Assembly (NCBI GenBank): GCA_002269645.1
Contig: NIVC01001272.1
Span: 62,001 to 126,000 of the forward strand
Reading direction: 5' to 3'
Source: Macrostomum lignano
Lineage: Eukaryota
DNA length: 64,000 bases
Below are positions 36,601 to 54,371 of the stretch, piece after piece; the stretch's first letter is position 1; each line of letters starts with the position of its first letter. The notes below the pieces were generated by a model, which saw only the letters and a program-made list of their open reading frames with translations, did no database searches and was not told the origin of the DNA. The position numbers and the translations under genes are program-made.

Positions 36601-39600
36601 GGCCGAGGAGCTCAAACGACGTCTGCAGGCGAAGCTCCTTGAGGCGCAGGATGAGGTCGACAGCGCAAAGACTCGAGCTGCTCAAGCCGAGAAGGCAAAG
36701 GCCAGACTGCAGGCCGAGCTGGAAGACGCCTCTGTGGACCTGGAGCGCACCAGCATTCTCGCCTCGCAGCTCGAGAAGAAGCAGAAGAATTTCGACAGGA
36801 CTCTGGCTGAGTGGCAGCAGAAGTGCCAGCAGGCCCAGGCTGAGCTGGAGACCGTGCAGCGGGAATCCCGCGGCTATTCCACCGAGATCTTCAAGCTGAA
36901 GGCCCAGCTGGAGGAGGCCCGGGACCAGACCGAGGCGGTTCGCAAAGAGAATAAAAATCTGGCGGACGAAATTCACGATCTCACTGAGCAGCTGGGCGAG
37001 GGCGGGCGAAACGTGCACGAGGTTGACAAGGCCAGACGCAGGCTCGAGATGGAGAAGGAAGAGCTGCAGGCGGCGCTGGAGGAGGCAGAGGCGGCGCTTG
37101 AGCAGGTGAGGCACGGAGGCAAAAATTTTTCGTTTAGCGGTTACTTTAAACATAAATTTCACTTGGTTACAGTATAAATCATTTTCTGTAGCAAGTTGGT
37201 GGTTGACTTAGTTGCCTCTCCATGTAAATCTGATTTTAGCGATAAGAAATTTCTAAGTAGATCTCTATTAGAAGGGTTTGTGCAAACAAGAAGTTGCGAA
37301 ACGTTTGAGTTGGAAAGTCGGAAACCACCTGGAATCCTGGGAAAACCAAAAAAAAAATTGGTACACCACCTGGAAGCAGATCCTGGGCCAACCGAAAAAT
37401 TGTTACACCACCTGGAAGCAGATCCTGAGCAAACCAAAAAATTGTCACACCACCTGGAAGCAGATCCTGAGCAAACCAAAAAATTGTCACACCACCTGGA
37501 AGCAGATCCTGGCCAAACCGAAAAAATCGTCATTTTCAAGCCTAAAATGCAGGTTCATATACATCAGGTAATCACTTAATTCGCACAGGAATGATGTTGA
37601 AGTAATTCACAACCAAAATTCTAAAAGGCTGTTCACAAAATGAATGACGTCTTTAAGAACTGTCTGAGTTAAACACGCCTTTAAAACGTTTGTTTTTCTT
37701 CCACAGGAGGAGGCCAAAGTGGCCAGAGCTCAACTAGAAATTGCTCAATCGCGTCAGGAAATCGATCGCCGCCTCGCCGAAAAAGAGGAAGAATTTGAGA
37801 ACAGCCGAAAGAACCATCAGCGCGCCATGGACTCCCTGGCTGCCACGGTGGAGGCAGAGGCCAAGGGCAAGGCCGAGGCTCAGAGGCAGAAGAAGAAACT
37901 TGAGCAGGACATCAACGAGCTTGAGGTGGCTCTGGACACCGCCAACCGCGCTAGAGCTGAGGCTGACAAGACGATCAAGAAGATGCAGCAGCAGATGCGA
38001 GAGGTACAGAGTCAGGTGGAGGACGAGCAGAGGCAGAGGGACGAGGCCAGGGAGCAGGTAGGTTTAATTATGCTGAGTATGTTTGCATGCCTGTCTCGCC
38101 ATGGTAACCGCCAGCCATGAATCGCTGCATCTCCAGGCCATGTCAGCCGAGCGAAAGTTGAACATGCTCAGCTCAGAGCTGGAGGACCTGCGCACCCAAC
38201 TGGAGACGGCTGAGCGAGCTCGCAAAGCTGCCGATGCCGAACGAGCTGAAGCTTCCGACCGCATCGGGGAGCTGTCCGCCACGAACTCGTCTCTGAGCGC
38301 GGCCAAGCGCAAGCTGGAGGCGGACGTGAACGCTATGCGCGCTGACATGGACGAGCAGCACAATGAAGTCAAGCAGTCAGAGGATCGGGTTAAGAAAGCT
38401 GTGCTCGATGCGCAGAGGCTGGCTGACGAGCTGCGTTCTGAGCAGGTTGGTAACTGGTTTTAAGCATTGATAAAGGGCTCATAGTAATTTAAGCTTTAGT
38501 CAAAAAATCAAAAATATATGATTCCACCTGCCCCCAAGGACTAAAGGGTCGCTACACACACCTTCAATTAACCCCATTTTACAGCTGGGTGAACTGAAGC
38601 AAAGCAGAGTTAAAAGATTTTAATTGTTCTAAGTGGGTCAAGAATCGAACCAACGACCTTTTAAATCGTGAGCCCGACACCCTAACCAACAGACTACAAT
38701 ACCTTCAGACTAGAATCGCCTCAGGCTACAACTCCTTCAGGCTACAACATCTTCCCGGTAGTAGCAACTATAACGAAGTCTTTACTAAATACCTGGTACT
38801 TTGGCAACCCATTCCTATCTGTAGGAGCACTCGCTGCACGCCGAACGAGCTCGCAAGCAGCTCGAGTCGCAGGTGAAGGAGCTTCAGGTTCGCCTCGATG
38901 CCGCCGAGGGCAACGCCATGAAGGGCGGCAAGCGAGAGATGGCTAAACTCGAGTCTCGCGTACAGGAACTGGAGGCTGAGCTAGACGCTGAACAGAGGCG
39001 TCATCAGGAGACGCAGAAGAACGCCAGGAAGGCTGACCGACGACTCAAGGAACTGTCGTTCGCTGTGAGTTCAAAGAGCTCTGAGTTAGAACTTCGATGC
39101 TCGATCGATTTCACTATTATTATTACCACCTGTCCGCAGAGCGAAGAGGAGCGCAAGGCGCAGACCAAACTGCAGGAGCTGGTGGAGAAGCTGCAGTCGA
39201 AGGTGAAGACCTACAAGCGCCAGGTTGAAGAGGCCGAAGAGATCGCAGCCATCAATCTGGCGAAGTTCAAGAAGGTTCAGCAGGACCTGGAGGAGTCGGA
39301 GGAACGCGCCGACATGGCGGAGCAGAATTTCAACAAGCTGCGCTCGAAGAGTCGCGCCAGCGCCAGCGTAGCCCGCGGCGCGAGTCTGGCTCCCAACTCT
39401 GCTGGGGTGAGCGATTGGGCGGAGGGATGCGGTAGCTTAGGTCATCTGGGCGATGGAGCTGTAGTGAACGCTGGTTAGTTTAGAGTAAAGATCTAAGAAT
39501 GTATTTTTATTTATTTCTGGTAAAGCCTAAAAACTAAAAAAAGGCAAAGTTTATTTACTTAATTGACAATCAATATTTCAGGGCGCTGCCATTCGAGCTC

Positions 39601-39629
39601 GATCTCGTGGCGCCATGGATGAAGAATGA
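27690..39629 (+). CDS. Mhc: Muscle myosin II heavy chain, 20 coding exons, 1956 aa
   Basis: Exons 27690-27887, 28355-28498, 29230-29386, 29479-29506, 30760-30874, 31121-31213, 31301-31364, 32103-32563, 32645-33266, 33352-33422, 33511-33716, 33809-34991, 35077-35508, 35583-35749, 36391-37105, 37707-38057, 38137-38445, 38825-39064, 39140-39406, 39582-39629 join in frame (5871 nt). Motifs [39 protein letters not shown] region and long coiled-coil rod. Confidence 0.97.
27990..28290 (+). repeat. ~32-bp degenerate intronic tandem repeat (GAGTGACTGAGTGGCATTGTGACTGCGGCAGT)
   Basis: Visible in myosin intron 1. Confidence 0.85.
28690..29110 (+). repeat. Purine-rich ~19-20-bp repeat (AGAGTCACAGAGGAGAACAA) forming ~58-bp higher-order units
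   Basis: Visible in myosin intron 2. Confidence 0.9.
29725..30440 (+). repeat. 15-bp minisatellite (CTTACTTGTCACTCC)n
   Basis: Visible in myosin intron 4; explains the TCHSL/VTSKG ORFs. Confidence 0.97.
31400..31790 (+). repeat. 12-bp minisatellite (ATGAGTGAGTTC)n
   Basis: Visible in myosin intron 7; explains the MSEF/MNSL ORFs. Confidence 0.97.
36061..36185. mobile_element. Small MITE (12-bp perfect TIR GGGCGTCGCCAT)
   Basis: GGGCGTCGCCAT 36061-36072 and ATGGCGACGCCC 36174-36185 in myosin intron 14; TSD unclear. Confidence 0.6.
37363..37525 (+). repeat. 42-bp tandem repeat x4 (ACACCACCTGGAAGCAGATCCTGAGCAAACCAAAAAATTGTC)
   Basis: Visible in myosin intron 15. Confidence 0.92.
38546..38697 (-). 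mobile_element. tRNA-derived SINE, copy 3 (internally deleted)
   Basis: Reverse complement reads GTAGTCTGTTGGTTAGGGTGTCGGGCTC...GGTTCGATTC (A/B boxes)...CTTCAGTTCACCCAGCTGTAAAATGGG...GTGTGTAGCGACCC, matching copies 1 and 2. Confidence 0.7.
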
Positions 39630-40659
39630 TCGACTGCCTCACCGGCTAGTGACGTCACTTTTGCTGCTGAATAAGCAGACGGCTCACTGTTTAATGATTG
39701 ACCGAATAATTACGCAATCGACTTAGTGGCTTATAAAACAATATTTAGACACAAATTCTATGCTAAATTATAGTGCAATACATATCGTGTAACCCAAGTT
39801 TTCATAATGCTATCTAGCCTTATGACAAAAATCGACGATAATTTTTTCAGATAGAAAATCTCTAAGCTGGTAGAAACAATAGTAATGGTCTACCTTATAT
39901 TGTACCTGATTTACAAATCTTAGTTTAGATCCAACGTAGTTTAACCCTGAAATTTTTCAACTCGTCATTTATTAACCAACTTGCCCTGCCGAAACTACGA
40001 GTATCAATAACCGTTTAAGACAAACAGCCGTTTTTTGTTAACCCAGCCTTGTAGTTTCACTACTGCCACACGAAGTAGTCCGTTAGGTTTCAACGCACCA
40101 AAATAAAACAGCTTTTCCCGGAAAATGAACGCCTTTCCTGTTTTTTGTAAGTTATTTTTTTCGCTGGGATATTTTTGCAATTACGAGCGTAGTTCAAATT
40201 TTGCGCGTTAATAAACAATTTTTAGACTTTGCACAGTATAGGAACAGACAAAGTGGTGACAATATTGTACATTGTACAATTGCTGTCATGAACGAAAAGC
40301 TTGAGTAGAGTGGAAAAATCTTATTCAACTCAGCTGCAAACAAAGCAGTCTAAACATTTTTTGCGTGCGTTTAAGATTCTTGGACTCGGTTTTCGCGGAA
40401 AAAATGAGGTTTAAATTAGCACATCAATTTTCTTACCTGAATGGACACTCAGCAAAATGTCAGGGTTTCACCCAGAAACCAATGGTCAAAGAGTGGCAGC
40501 TTTGATCCAATTATATCCAAAACTCTCCACTCTCTCCTAACCAGACTCACCGAAGATGCAGATTGGTTCGATAGTGGAAAAACCTCCAAACCAAAAAAGT
40601 AATAAAATATGAGCACCAGAGGAAGAAAAAAAAGTCGCAAAGCACTGAAAACGCCACCC

Positions 40660-41339
<680 letters not shown>

Positions 41340-41944
41340 AGCCACCCAGAGACCCTGGCGCAAAGCACCAAGTTTGCCCCGCCATGCCGCAGCCTGTGAG
41401 CTGTAAGTAAAATGAGTTAAATTCGTAAAAGAGCTGCAGGCACCCTGACATATCAAATATATTTGATCATCGCCCCTACAAAGTCTATGAAAGATGAATA
41501 TGAACTGAAGAGTTTTCACAAAACAGTCAACAAATGATTTGTAACTTGTAACAGTAGTGTTTTAAAATTAATCAAGTCTTGAAGTTTTTCCTCTGTTACA
41601 AAAAGTCTACTGTCAGCTGGGTATAAAAATCTGTAGCCAGCCCTCCATTTAGTCAATGCTACCAAAAGTGCGCCGCGTACACCGAGTCTGCATGCATTCA
41701 GTTGCGCATTTACGACTAGCTGCGCGCGCTTGTCATTGTTTAAAGGAGGGCCTTGCTTACTAGAGGGACGAAAGGAAAGAGCGATATTTAGTACAGGAAA
41801 GACAGAACAGTACAATATAGTACATTTTCTCGTAATCACTGTACACAAAGGCTGAATAAGGTACTAACTACTATGTAATTTAAAGCTTTGAATGCATTTC
41901 CATGCTAGAGCTAACATTGCAATCGGTTTAATAATTGTGCTAAA

Positions 41945-44900
41945 ATGACCGAGGAATGTTTAGGAAACCATCACTCCTCACTGATGCTCGCAGCGTTAAG
42001 AGGCAATGTCAGCCAAATCGTACAACTTAAAAACTGTACTGACGTCGACTTGCCCATCGACATTGATGGCAGGCCGTACACCGCTTTGCACGCGGCCGCC
42101 AGCCATGGTCATTTGGCGGCGGTGACCGCTCTGCTTGAGGCCCAAGCCGACGCTAACGGAGGCGTCTCAGCTTCAACTGGCTGCCGTTACCCAACGCCGA
42201 TTTATTGGGCAGCGATGGGCGGACACGAAGCAACGGTTGAAGCCCTGCTACTGGCCCAGGCAGACCCAGACCTGCCCGACCAAGATGGACAAACACCGCT
42301 CTATGTAGCTGTCACGTTTCGACACTTGTCGGTCGTGAAGCTTCTTATCTCAGCTCAAGCGAATGTCAATTTTAAGGACGACGTTGAAACGACGGCACTT
42401 CATCTGGCTGTCAGCCGGGGCTACACCGAAATCGTGGCTGCTATTTCCGGCTCCAACCAGGTTAATTCAGACCAGAAGCAGATCCAGGGTGCTTCAGCAC
42501 TGCACTTTGCAGCCCAGATGGGCGAACTGTTCATAGCTTTGTCGCTCATCAGGCTTTCTGGGGCCGACGTTAATCTCGAGTCGGACGTCGGCGCAACGCC
42601 GCTGTTTCTGGCCGCTCAAGACAACCACTGCGAACTCATTGATGCTTTGACTTTCTTCCTAGCAGATCCTGACCTGAGCCGGAATGGACAATCGCCGATA
42701 TACTCGGCAGCTAAATTTGGACATAGTCGGGCCGTTGATCGGCTGCTACGAGCCCAGGCTGACGTTAGACATGTTACCCGTTACAGTACGACGCCATTGT
42801 ACATTGCGGCTCAGAATGGTCGCAAAGATATTTTGACAGCTCTGATTAAAGCTGGCGCCAACACTGATGATCAGCAAAAGCAAGGAGCTTCTGCGCTGTA
42901 CATTGCTTGTCAAAAAGGGCACGCTGCAATCGTTGACGTTCTGATCAAAGCGCAGGCCAATCCTGACTTACAGGCAGCTGAAGGAGAGACTGCTTTGTTT
43001 GTCGCGTCACAAAATGGACACAATGGTATTGTCAATAAGCTGATAAGTGTCCCAGCAGCATTGGACCTGCAGCGGATTAGCGGTCTGACTGCCATGGGAA
43101 TCGCCTCACAAAATGGGCATTTTACCACCGTTCAAATGTTAATAAAAGCTACTGCAGACGTCAACGGCGGTTCAAATCAAGCTAACAGCGCGCCGTTGCG
43201 TCTTGCATCGGAGTTTAATCACATCGAGATCGTTCAAGCTTTGCTAGACGCCCGGGCTGACGTCAACTTGGCGAGGCACTCGAGCTCCTCTGCTGTCTAC
43301 TCTGCCGCGTTTATTGGCCACAGCGACATTGTTAGAATTCTGGTCAAGTCAGGAGCTGACATTACGATTGACTCACCAGAATCATTTTCACCAGTTCATG
43401 CCGCCGTGGCAGGAGGCCAATGGCGCATTCTGCATGTCCTCAGAGAGCTAGGAGTGCAAATTTCAGTAGAGACGTGCGAATTTCTACGAGGGCTGGCACT
43501 GGTTCTGTGCCTTGCTGATTCAGAGACTGTAAACCGTGAACTAACGCAAATGACGTTTTTGGAAATTGACTCCGAGATTAAATCGCCTATCATTCCGAGC
43601 CGTTCCAACCAAAGTTTTCGGAATCCATCTCAAACTGAGCATCCGGACGCGTAAGTTTCTTTTAAATCCCAGTGACGACTGTCTAAAGTGAGATCCTATG
43701 AAAGCTAACTCGAGCAAAGAATATTACTTTACAGATCAACATTGGTCTTGAATCAATCAGCGCAGAGCTTGCAACTCCATTCCAAGCTTTCTGCGGCTGG
43801 GTTCACAGAACAGCGAGCCAGTCTACAAGGCGCGGCCGCCGACGTCCTGGAGCACATCCTTCGTCTGAGGACAAGTTATGACGACATTTTTATCGTTGGC
43901 AGCTACTCGGAGACCTGGGGCAACAATCTGGTGTGCGTGGATGGACGAACAGACTCTGAATCGGATATTGACATCACCAGATTTGTCCAAGGCAGGCCGC
44001 TACACCTGAAAGGAATTTGTAAATGTCCCCTGGCTGAGACAGATTCGACAGTTGAATACGTTGCTGGTCACATAATCTTTCCTGGTTACTGTAAGTAGTT
44101 TAAAAGTATTGCATAAAATCTGATGGTGCTAAGAAAAAAATCTGATTTCTACCTCGTCCTCGTTTCAGCCGCAAATCCTGCTGAACCAATGTTTGGTTCA
44201 ATGATTCGTCCAGCTGTAGACAGGGTCAGTGCCTTCCGCTTATGTTGCTACCCTCCCATCGGACCACTGCAGCTCCATAGAGTCGCCAAGTCGAATATCC
44301 CAAATGCTGTGCTGCAGCTACTCACAAGAGATATCAGTACATTTCCCTGTCACGTGGTGCACGCGGCACCTCAGGGACAGGCCGGGAACCAGCTCCGAGT
44401 GAGCACGACCTTCTTGGAGAGGCGTCTGATGCGGAGCCTATCCACTTTGCAAGGCCAGCTATTTGTTGCTCTTAAGTTTCTAGTGAAGAAAATTATCGGC
44501 CGACGAGTTCACGGCCTGAAGGCGTATCACGCTAAAACCATTACTTTTAGAATGGTGGAAGAGACACCAGCTGAGCAGTGGACACCGCAGAATCTATTTG
44601 ACCTGCTTCAACGATCGCTCAACATGCTTCTGAACTCCGTGCAGAGCAGCTACGGGCAAGATTATGATGATGGACGAATTATGGAGCACTTCTTTCTAAG
44701 CGATGCGCATCTATACCTGAAAGGAGCTGATAGAAGTACAGCGCAGGAGGTTGCTAATGTTCTTAGGGAGGTTATCGATGAGCTGCCTGAGCTTTTGACA
44801 AAGTTCATGAAAACATTGATCCCAGTCAGCAGTGCTGGCTTGTTTTACTTTCATCCTTTTCTTATACGAGCTACTGCCTCGCATCGATGCTCAGTGGGAG

Positions 44901-45596
44901 TACCCAGTGGGAAAATTGCAACTGCACGAAATCTACATTGTAGTGCGGCAGTGCGTGCTGCTTCTATCACAGAGGGGCAAAGATTCCATCGCCTCGCTTC
45001 TAGAAAAGCTGCCAGACTGCTCCAGGTCGGCCAGAGAGTGCCTGAAAGTTTTGGATTTCCTTAAACTCGGCGATCAAGCATCGGCAAAAAGAGTACTGCT
45101 TGACAACAGAAGCCACAAAGTGAGTCAAGGACTTGAATGGAAAGCAGCAGAAGGATCAGATGAAAGAGCATCAGTTGATATGGTGTGGAATTATTTGAAA
45201 GCTAACGACTCTTTTTGGAAGTTTTCAATGGAGTTCCGTGAACGTCCGGTAATGAAGTTTTTACCTACATTTATTTCTGAGGTTTTTCCATGCCAAATGA
45301 GCAACTACAAAAGCTACCACTATCTGAACTTCAATGCACTGATGAGATGTTTACAGCTTGAGTTCGACTTTGACTCAGATCTTGCCAATGATTGGTTTCA
45401 AAAGACTGCGACGAATGAAGAGTTGGACGACCAAGAGCTGGCCGTCATGCTGCACTACTGCCCCGATACTGATCTTGTCTCTGGGCTGCTAAGCAAGTTT
45501 AGAAGCCGAATGCATCAGTCCCCGTTGGAGAAAGGACTGCTAAGTGAGCTGCAAAATCGAGTAAGTTTCCTGAATATTCCTGAATTGATAGAGTAG
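41945..45596 (+). CDS. Ankyrin-repeat (~15) + cGAS/Mab-21-like nucleotidyltransferase (cGLR-like) fusion, ~1162 aa; one +1 frameshift in exon 3
   Basis: Exons 41945-43650, 43735-44090, 44169-45596 join in phase by GT-AG. NTase motif VGSYSE...ESDIDI, third Asp in VDRVSAF, Mab-21-type LRVSTTFLERRL, LKAYHAKT, EQW..NL, EHFFL. Removing one T from TTTT 44857-44860 joins ORFs 44123..45064 and 44832..45596. Confidence 0.8.
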
Positions 45597-47626
45597 TTTG
45601 TTCAGGGTAATCTTATTTTTAAAAATATTTTGTTAAACTGCGGTAACTTTGATCTCTGAACAAATTCCATTTCAGAAGGACTTTGGCCAAATCCTCGAAA
45701 AGCAGCTGCTGCCCTCTGACACCGAACTTGAAAAACTTAATAACTGAAAATTGGAGTTATAAAGCAGAATTGCATCTCTACATGCCAGGCTTGTGTATTT
45801 TTATGCTAAGCAAATTTGTACTTTTCCCATTATGATGCAACAGGCTTCGCTTCCAAGATCTGTCAAAAACAATCGCTGCATTTCCCCGACAGTGCCGTTC
45901 AACTCCAGGCACTCGAAGTCATTTTCAAACATACAGAAATCGCATAGATGCACGTCTAAAATCCCACTATCGAATGTCGCTATGTCTCCGTAGTTTCCTG
46001 AAGTGGATCGCAGCCGAGACTCGCCTCACTCATATAAGTCCAATTTTAGCTCCATCAGCTGCCAGTTGCAAGCAGTCCTCTCGAGCCCCCTAGAGACAGG
46101 CAATCTGAAAAAAAGAGGAAATTCGTATCCCCCAGTGAGCTAATTGGCGAGGAGCGGTACGAGAGTAGCCACTAAGCTTCTCCGCTCCTCTTCCTCAGAG
46201 GTACTCTAGAAGGATATAGATTTTAATCAGCCAGAGGGACAGCTTTATCTTATCTACAGACAGCTAGAATGAGGATTCTGTTGCTCAGTAGGTGAGGTCT
46301 TCTAATTCCATCTGTGCTAACTAGTCAAATCCTTTAGATTTTCCCATTCACATGTACTCTTTCTTGCCTTTAGAACTTTATAGAAATCTTATTGAGCAAC
46401 TTTCAAACGTATTAGCTCGTAAATGTAGGCAATCATTTTATAGTCGATTGCTATTCCAATTATTCTTGCACCCTTGCCTCTAAAGCACACAGCAGCTCCG
46501 GTAGCAATTCAGAGGAGTCGTGTCGTCCACCAGAAAATTAGTTGCTAAATAATTCATCGAGACGAGTTTGTCGCCATCGGTGAAGCTTCAAAATGTTCCG
46601 ACAGCAAGTCTACAAGTTTACCGATAGCGAGGAACATTGATTCACTGGTTTGCATTGATGGCAAGAACGTGACAGTATCCAACCTACTAGCAACAAGTCC
46701 TTCAAAGTATTACTAGAAATCGCAATCCACTCCTGAAAAATACAGTGTATGATGATAATGGTTCAAGTGAAAACCATCAAATATACGATCTAAATCTGTT
46801 AAGTGGTAATTTTCTATGATGAAAGCCTCAAACTGTGTTTTTATGACATCTTTATCCGCTAGAAATACGCAAAAGTACATTGCACAGAATTGGGCTATTG
46901 ATGTTTGTCTAGGCTATTTCGCGCTGCGGGTTTCACTTTCTTGCCTGCCCCAACGTGTCCGGCGCCCCGCTTACAAGGGCCAAAAGGCGTCGTTAATCAG
47001 AGTGAAGTGGCAGGTGCGCAATAAACGACGAATCAAGCAAATTTATTATGGGCCAATGCACCGAAGGGCTTTCGCTTCAGAACTGCATGGCTTGGCTTGT
47101 TTAATAAATCATCGGCTGACTAAGGAGAGAGTGAAGAAAGACAAACGCCAGATTAGGGCAGATTAACGGCTTCGGCCATTTTCGTCACCTTTTCGGCCGG
47201 GGCTAATAGGCCCCTCAGGCGTCGAGATGCTAATCAGGTGAAGCTTTTCCCGCAGAAAATTCTTGGCATCAGGTGCAGCAGACCGAGACGAGAGTCAATC
47301 AGCCTGTTTAGCTTGCCTTTTCCACTGCTTCTTTATTCCCTGTGCCTGGAGGGGAGAGAGAGTGAAGTTTATGGGCTGTGAAGTTTATGGGCTGTGAAGT
47401 GAATGACATTTCTCGTGTTTCAAGCCCATGCCAACTCCCTGGCTCTCTGGGACAGCTCTAATCTATAGGGATTTTGTGGCGCCTTCTTTTATGGGTATTT
47501 GCGTCAGGCAGGGCCTAGGATTTATTGTCGAGAACGTTGATCCATTCTTGTTCCTAGTCCAAATAGCGACTTTCGTCTAAGAATATTTTGCACCTTTAAT
47601 TATTCTCCCAAACTATTATGGCTCCA

Positions 47627-48568
47627 CTAGATCACCTGTTGCATTTGACTCTAGAGATCAGCTGTTGCATTTGACTCTAGAGATCACCGGTTGCATTTGA
47701 CTCTAGAGATCACCTGTTGCATTTGACTCTAGAGATCAGCTGTTGCATTTGACTCTAGAGATCAGCTGTTGCATTTGACTCTAGAGATCACCTGTTGCAT
47801 TTGACTCTAGAGATCAGCTGTTGCATTTGACTCTAGAGATCACCTGTTGTATTTGACTCTAGAGATCACCTGTTGCATTTGACTCTAGAGATCAGCTGTT
47901 GCATTTGACTCTAGAGATCACCGGTTGCATTTGACTCTAGAGATCACCTGTTGCATTTGACTCTAGAGATCAGCTGTTGCATTTGACTCTAGAGATCACC
48001 TGTTGCATTTGACTCTAGAGATCACCGGTTGCGTTTGACTCTAGAGATCACCGGTTGCGTTTGACTCTAGAGATCACCTGTTGCATTTGACTCTAGAGAT
48101 CAGCTGTTGCATTTGACTCTAGAGATCAGGTGTTGCATTTGACTCTAGAGATCAGCTGTCGCATTTGGCTCTAGAGATCACCTGTTGCATTTGACTCTAG
48201 AGATCACCTGTTGCATTTGACTCTAGAGATCAGCTGTTGCATTTGACTCTAGAGATCAGCTGTCGCATTTGGCTCTAGAGATCACCTGTTGCATTTGACT
48301 CTAGAGATCACCTGTTGCATTTGACTCTAGAGATCAGCTGTTGCATTTGACTCTAGAGATCAGCTGTCGCATTTGGCTCTAGAGATCACTTGTTGCATTT
48401 GACTCTAGAGATCACCTGTTGCATTTGACTCTAGAGATCAGCTGTTGCATTTGACTCTAGAGATCAGCTGTTGCATTTGACTCTAGAGATCAGCTGTCGC
48501 ATTTGGCTCTAGAGATCACCTGTTGCATTTGACTCTAGAGATCAGCTGTTGCATTTGACTCTAGATCA
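47627..48568 (+). repeat. 26-bp minisatellite (GATCA(C/G)CTGTTGCATTTGACTCTAGA)n, ~36 copies
   Basis: Head-to-tail units with no spacers. Confidence 0.97.
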
Positions 48569-49118
48569 ACTCTATACATTACAAAATGCTTTAAGCAGTC
48601 ATTATCAGTCACTTGTAGCACAATTTTTCATAAAGTGCACTGGCTTTTGGTTCCTACATTTATTGCCTCATCCGCCCCGCATCGTACTGAGGACTCCTAT
48701 TAGTTCAGTCAGCTTACAGTTGCCGGGTTCACTGAGGCGGAACTCGGTGCCCCGTATCAGCGCAGTGCAGGCCAAGCATTATCGCGCACAGCTATTATCC
48801 ACTCTGCTTTAAGAGCTGCAGTCTTAGTAAGCCTAGTGGTCCAGCTTCATCAGCCAGTCTCCAGTCCCAGATCGACTCTTACAGTCTCTTTCCTTTTCCT
48901 CTCTGACTGTCTGCGGCTGGCCAATAAGAATTCACCGCTTGTCTCCATGGGACAAATTTGCTAGTCTGTCATTCTGTATTTCTTCCCGACAGCCATCAAG
49001 TAGTTGATTCGTCTGCCTCATCTCCGTTCTTCCAACTCGGCACCGCTGTGACAGAAAGCAGGTTTTTACCCAGGAAGAAATCCGGAGCCTTTAAAGCGTA
49101 ATCATTTTTTGGGTTTCT

Positions 49119-53518
<4,400 letters not shown>

Positions 53519-54371
53519 ATTTGTGCGCAAAATCATTTTGTTATTCCGAAGTGAATTTATAACTTTTATTTACGGAAATGCAATTTTCTCACATTATTTA
53601 TTCATCTCATTTCATTTGCGTGTATAAATGCGTACTATAACACGCATGCTTTATGCTAATATTTTAATGAAAATAAATTCAAAGTGCAATCCGTACTTTG
53701 AAAAAATTAATCATACTCTTCAGTGCGTTTTTAAAATAGGACTATCCTTTTCGGGAAAAAACTTCAAAACCTTCTGAAACCTGCGACTTTAAGAAAATAT
53801 AAGGAAGTTTAAATGAAAAGGGAATTAAAACAAATATATTCACAGCATATTACTACTAGCATGGTAAGATATTTAGTAGCATTTACCGAGTGCAATAGTA
53901 CGATTGTTTTTTAATCTTGTCAAGTACCCTGATACTCCATTCTTTCAATCGAACTCACTACCTGACTGTACCCTAAACCAAAGGAAAATGGCATATGGCT
54001 TTGTATTTTATTGTCGGTAATTAACAAGCTAAACTACAAAGGGCAGTGCTTCGAGAGAGGTTTATTAATTCCCTACTGTATAGATACGGGCTTACACAAC
54101 ACAAGCTTAGGCAAGCTTACACAAGGGCTAAACTCTAAAGACAAAAGTCGGTTTCTTCTGGAACCTGTACCCGAGAAGATTGTGGCTAGTTTCCTATGCA
54201 AAGAAATTTATGACATTAATTGGTTTACTATTAGGCTATAAATTATGATTAGTTAAGTCAACAGCACTATTTAAAATGTAGCGCTGGTCATATAGCCACG
54301 CACTGGATTGCAGAACTAAGATATCTATTCACTCCATTAGTTGGGCACGGGTGCTTTTCTAGCCAGCAAAG

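Noticed and set aside
32654-37162. Long minus-strand ORFs over the myosin gene (e.g. 33780..34832, 36398..37162)
   Set aside because: Antisense shadows of GC3-rich, Glu/Lys/Gln-rich coding sequence.
38625-38697. tRNA gene (also heads at ~8774-8840 and ~10600-10640)
   Set aside because: A/B boxes present but no complete cloverleaf, and each continues into the shared SINE body.
40460-40489. SGFHPETNGQ resembling the Gypsy integrase YHPQTNGQ motif
   Set aside because: Similarity limited to about eight residues; flanks do not continue as integrase and the frame stops soon after.
46000-46700. Coding-like composition on the minus strand after the cGLR gene
   Set aside because: All frames are broken by stops and no family motif was recognisable.
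47627-48568. Regular 26-bp repeats with palindromic core as a CRISPR array (also the 17-, 21-, 25-, 31- and 42-bp arrays)
   Set aside because: Units are head-to-tail with no unique spacers, no cas genes, and the context is spliceosomal eukaryotic DNA.
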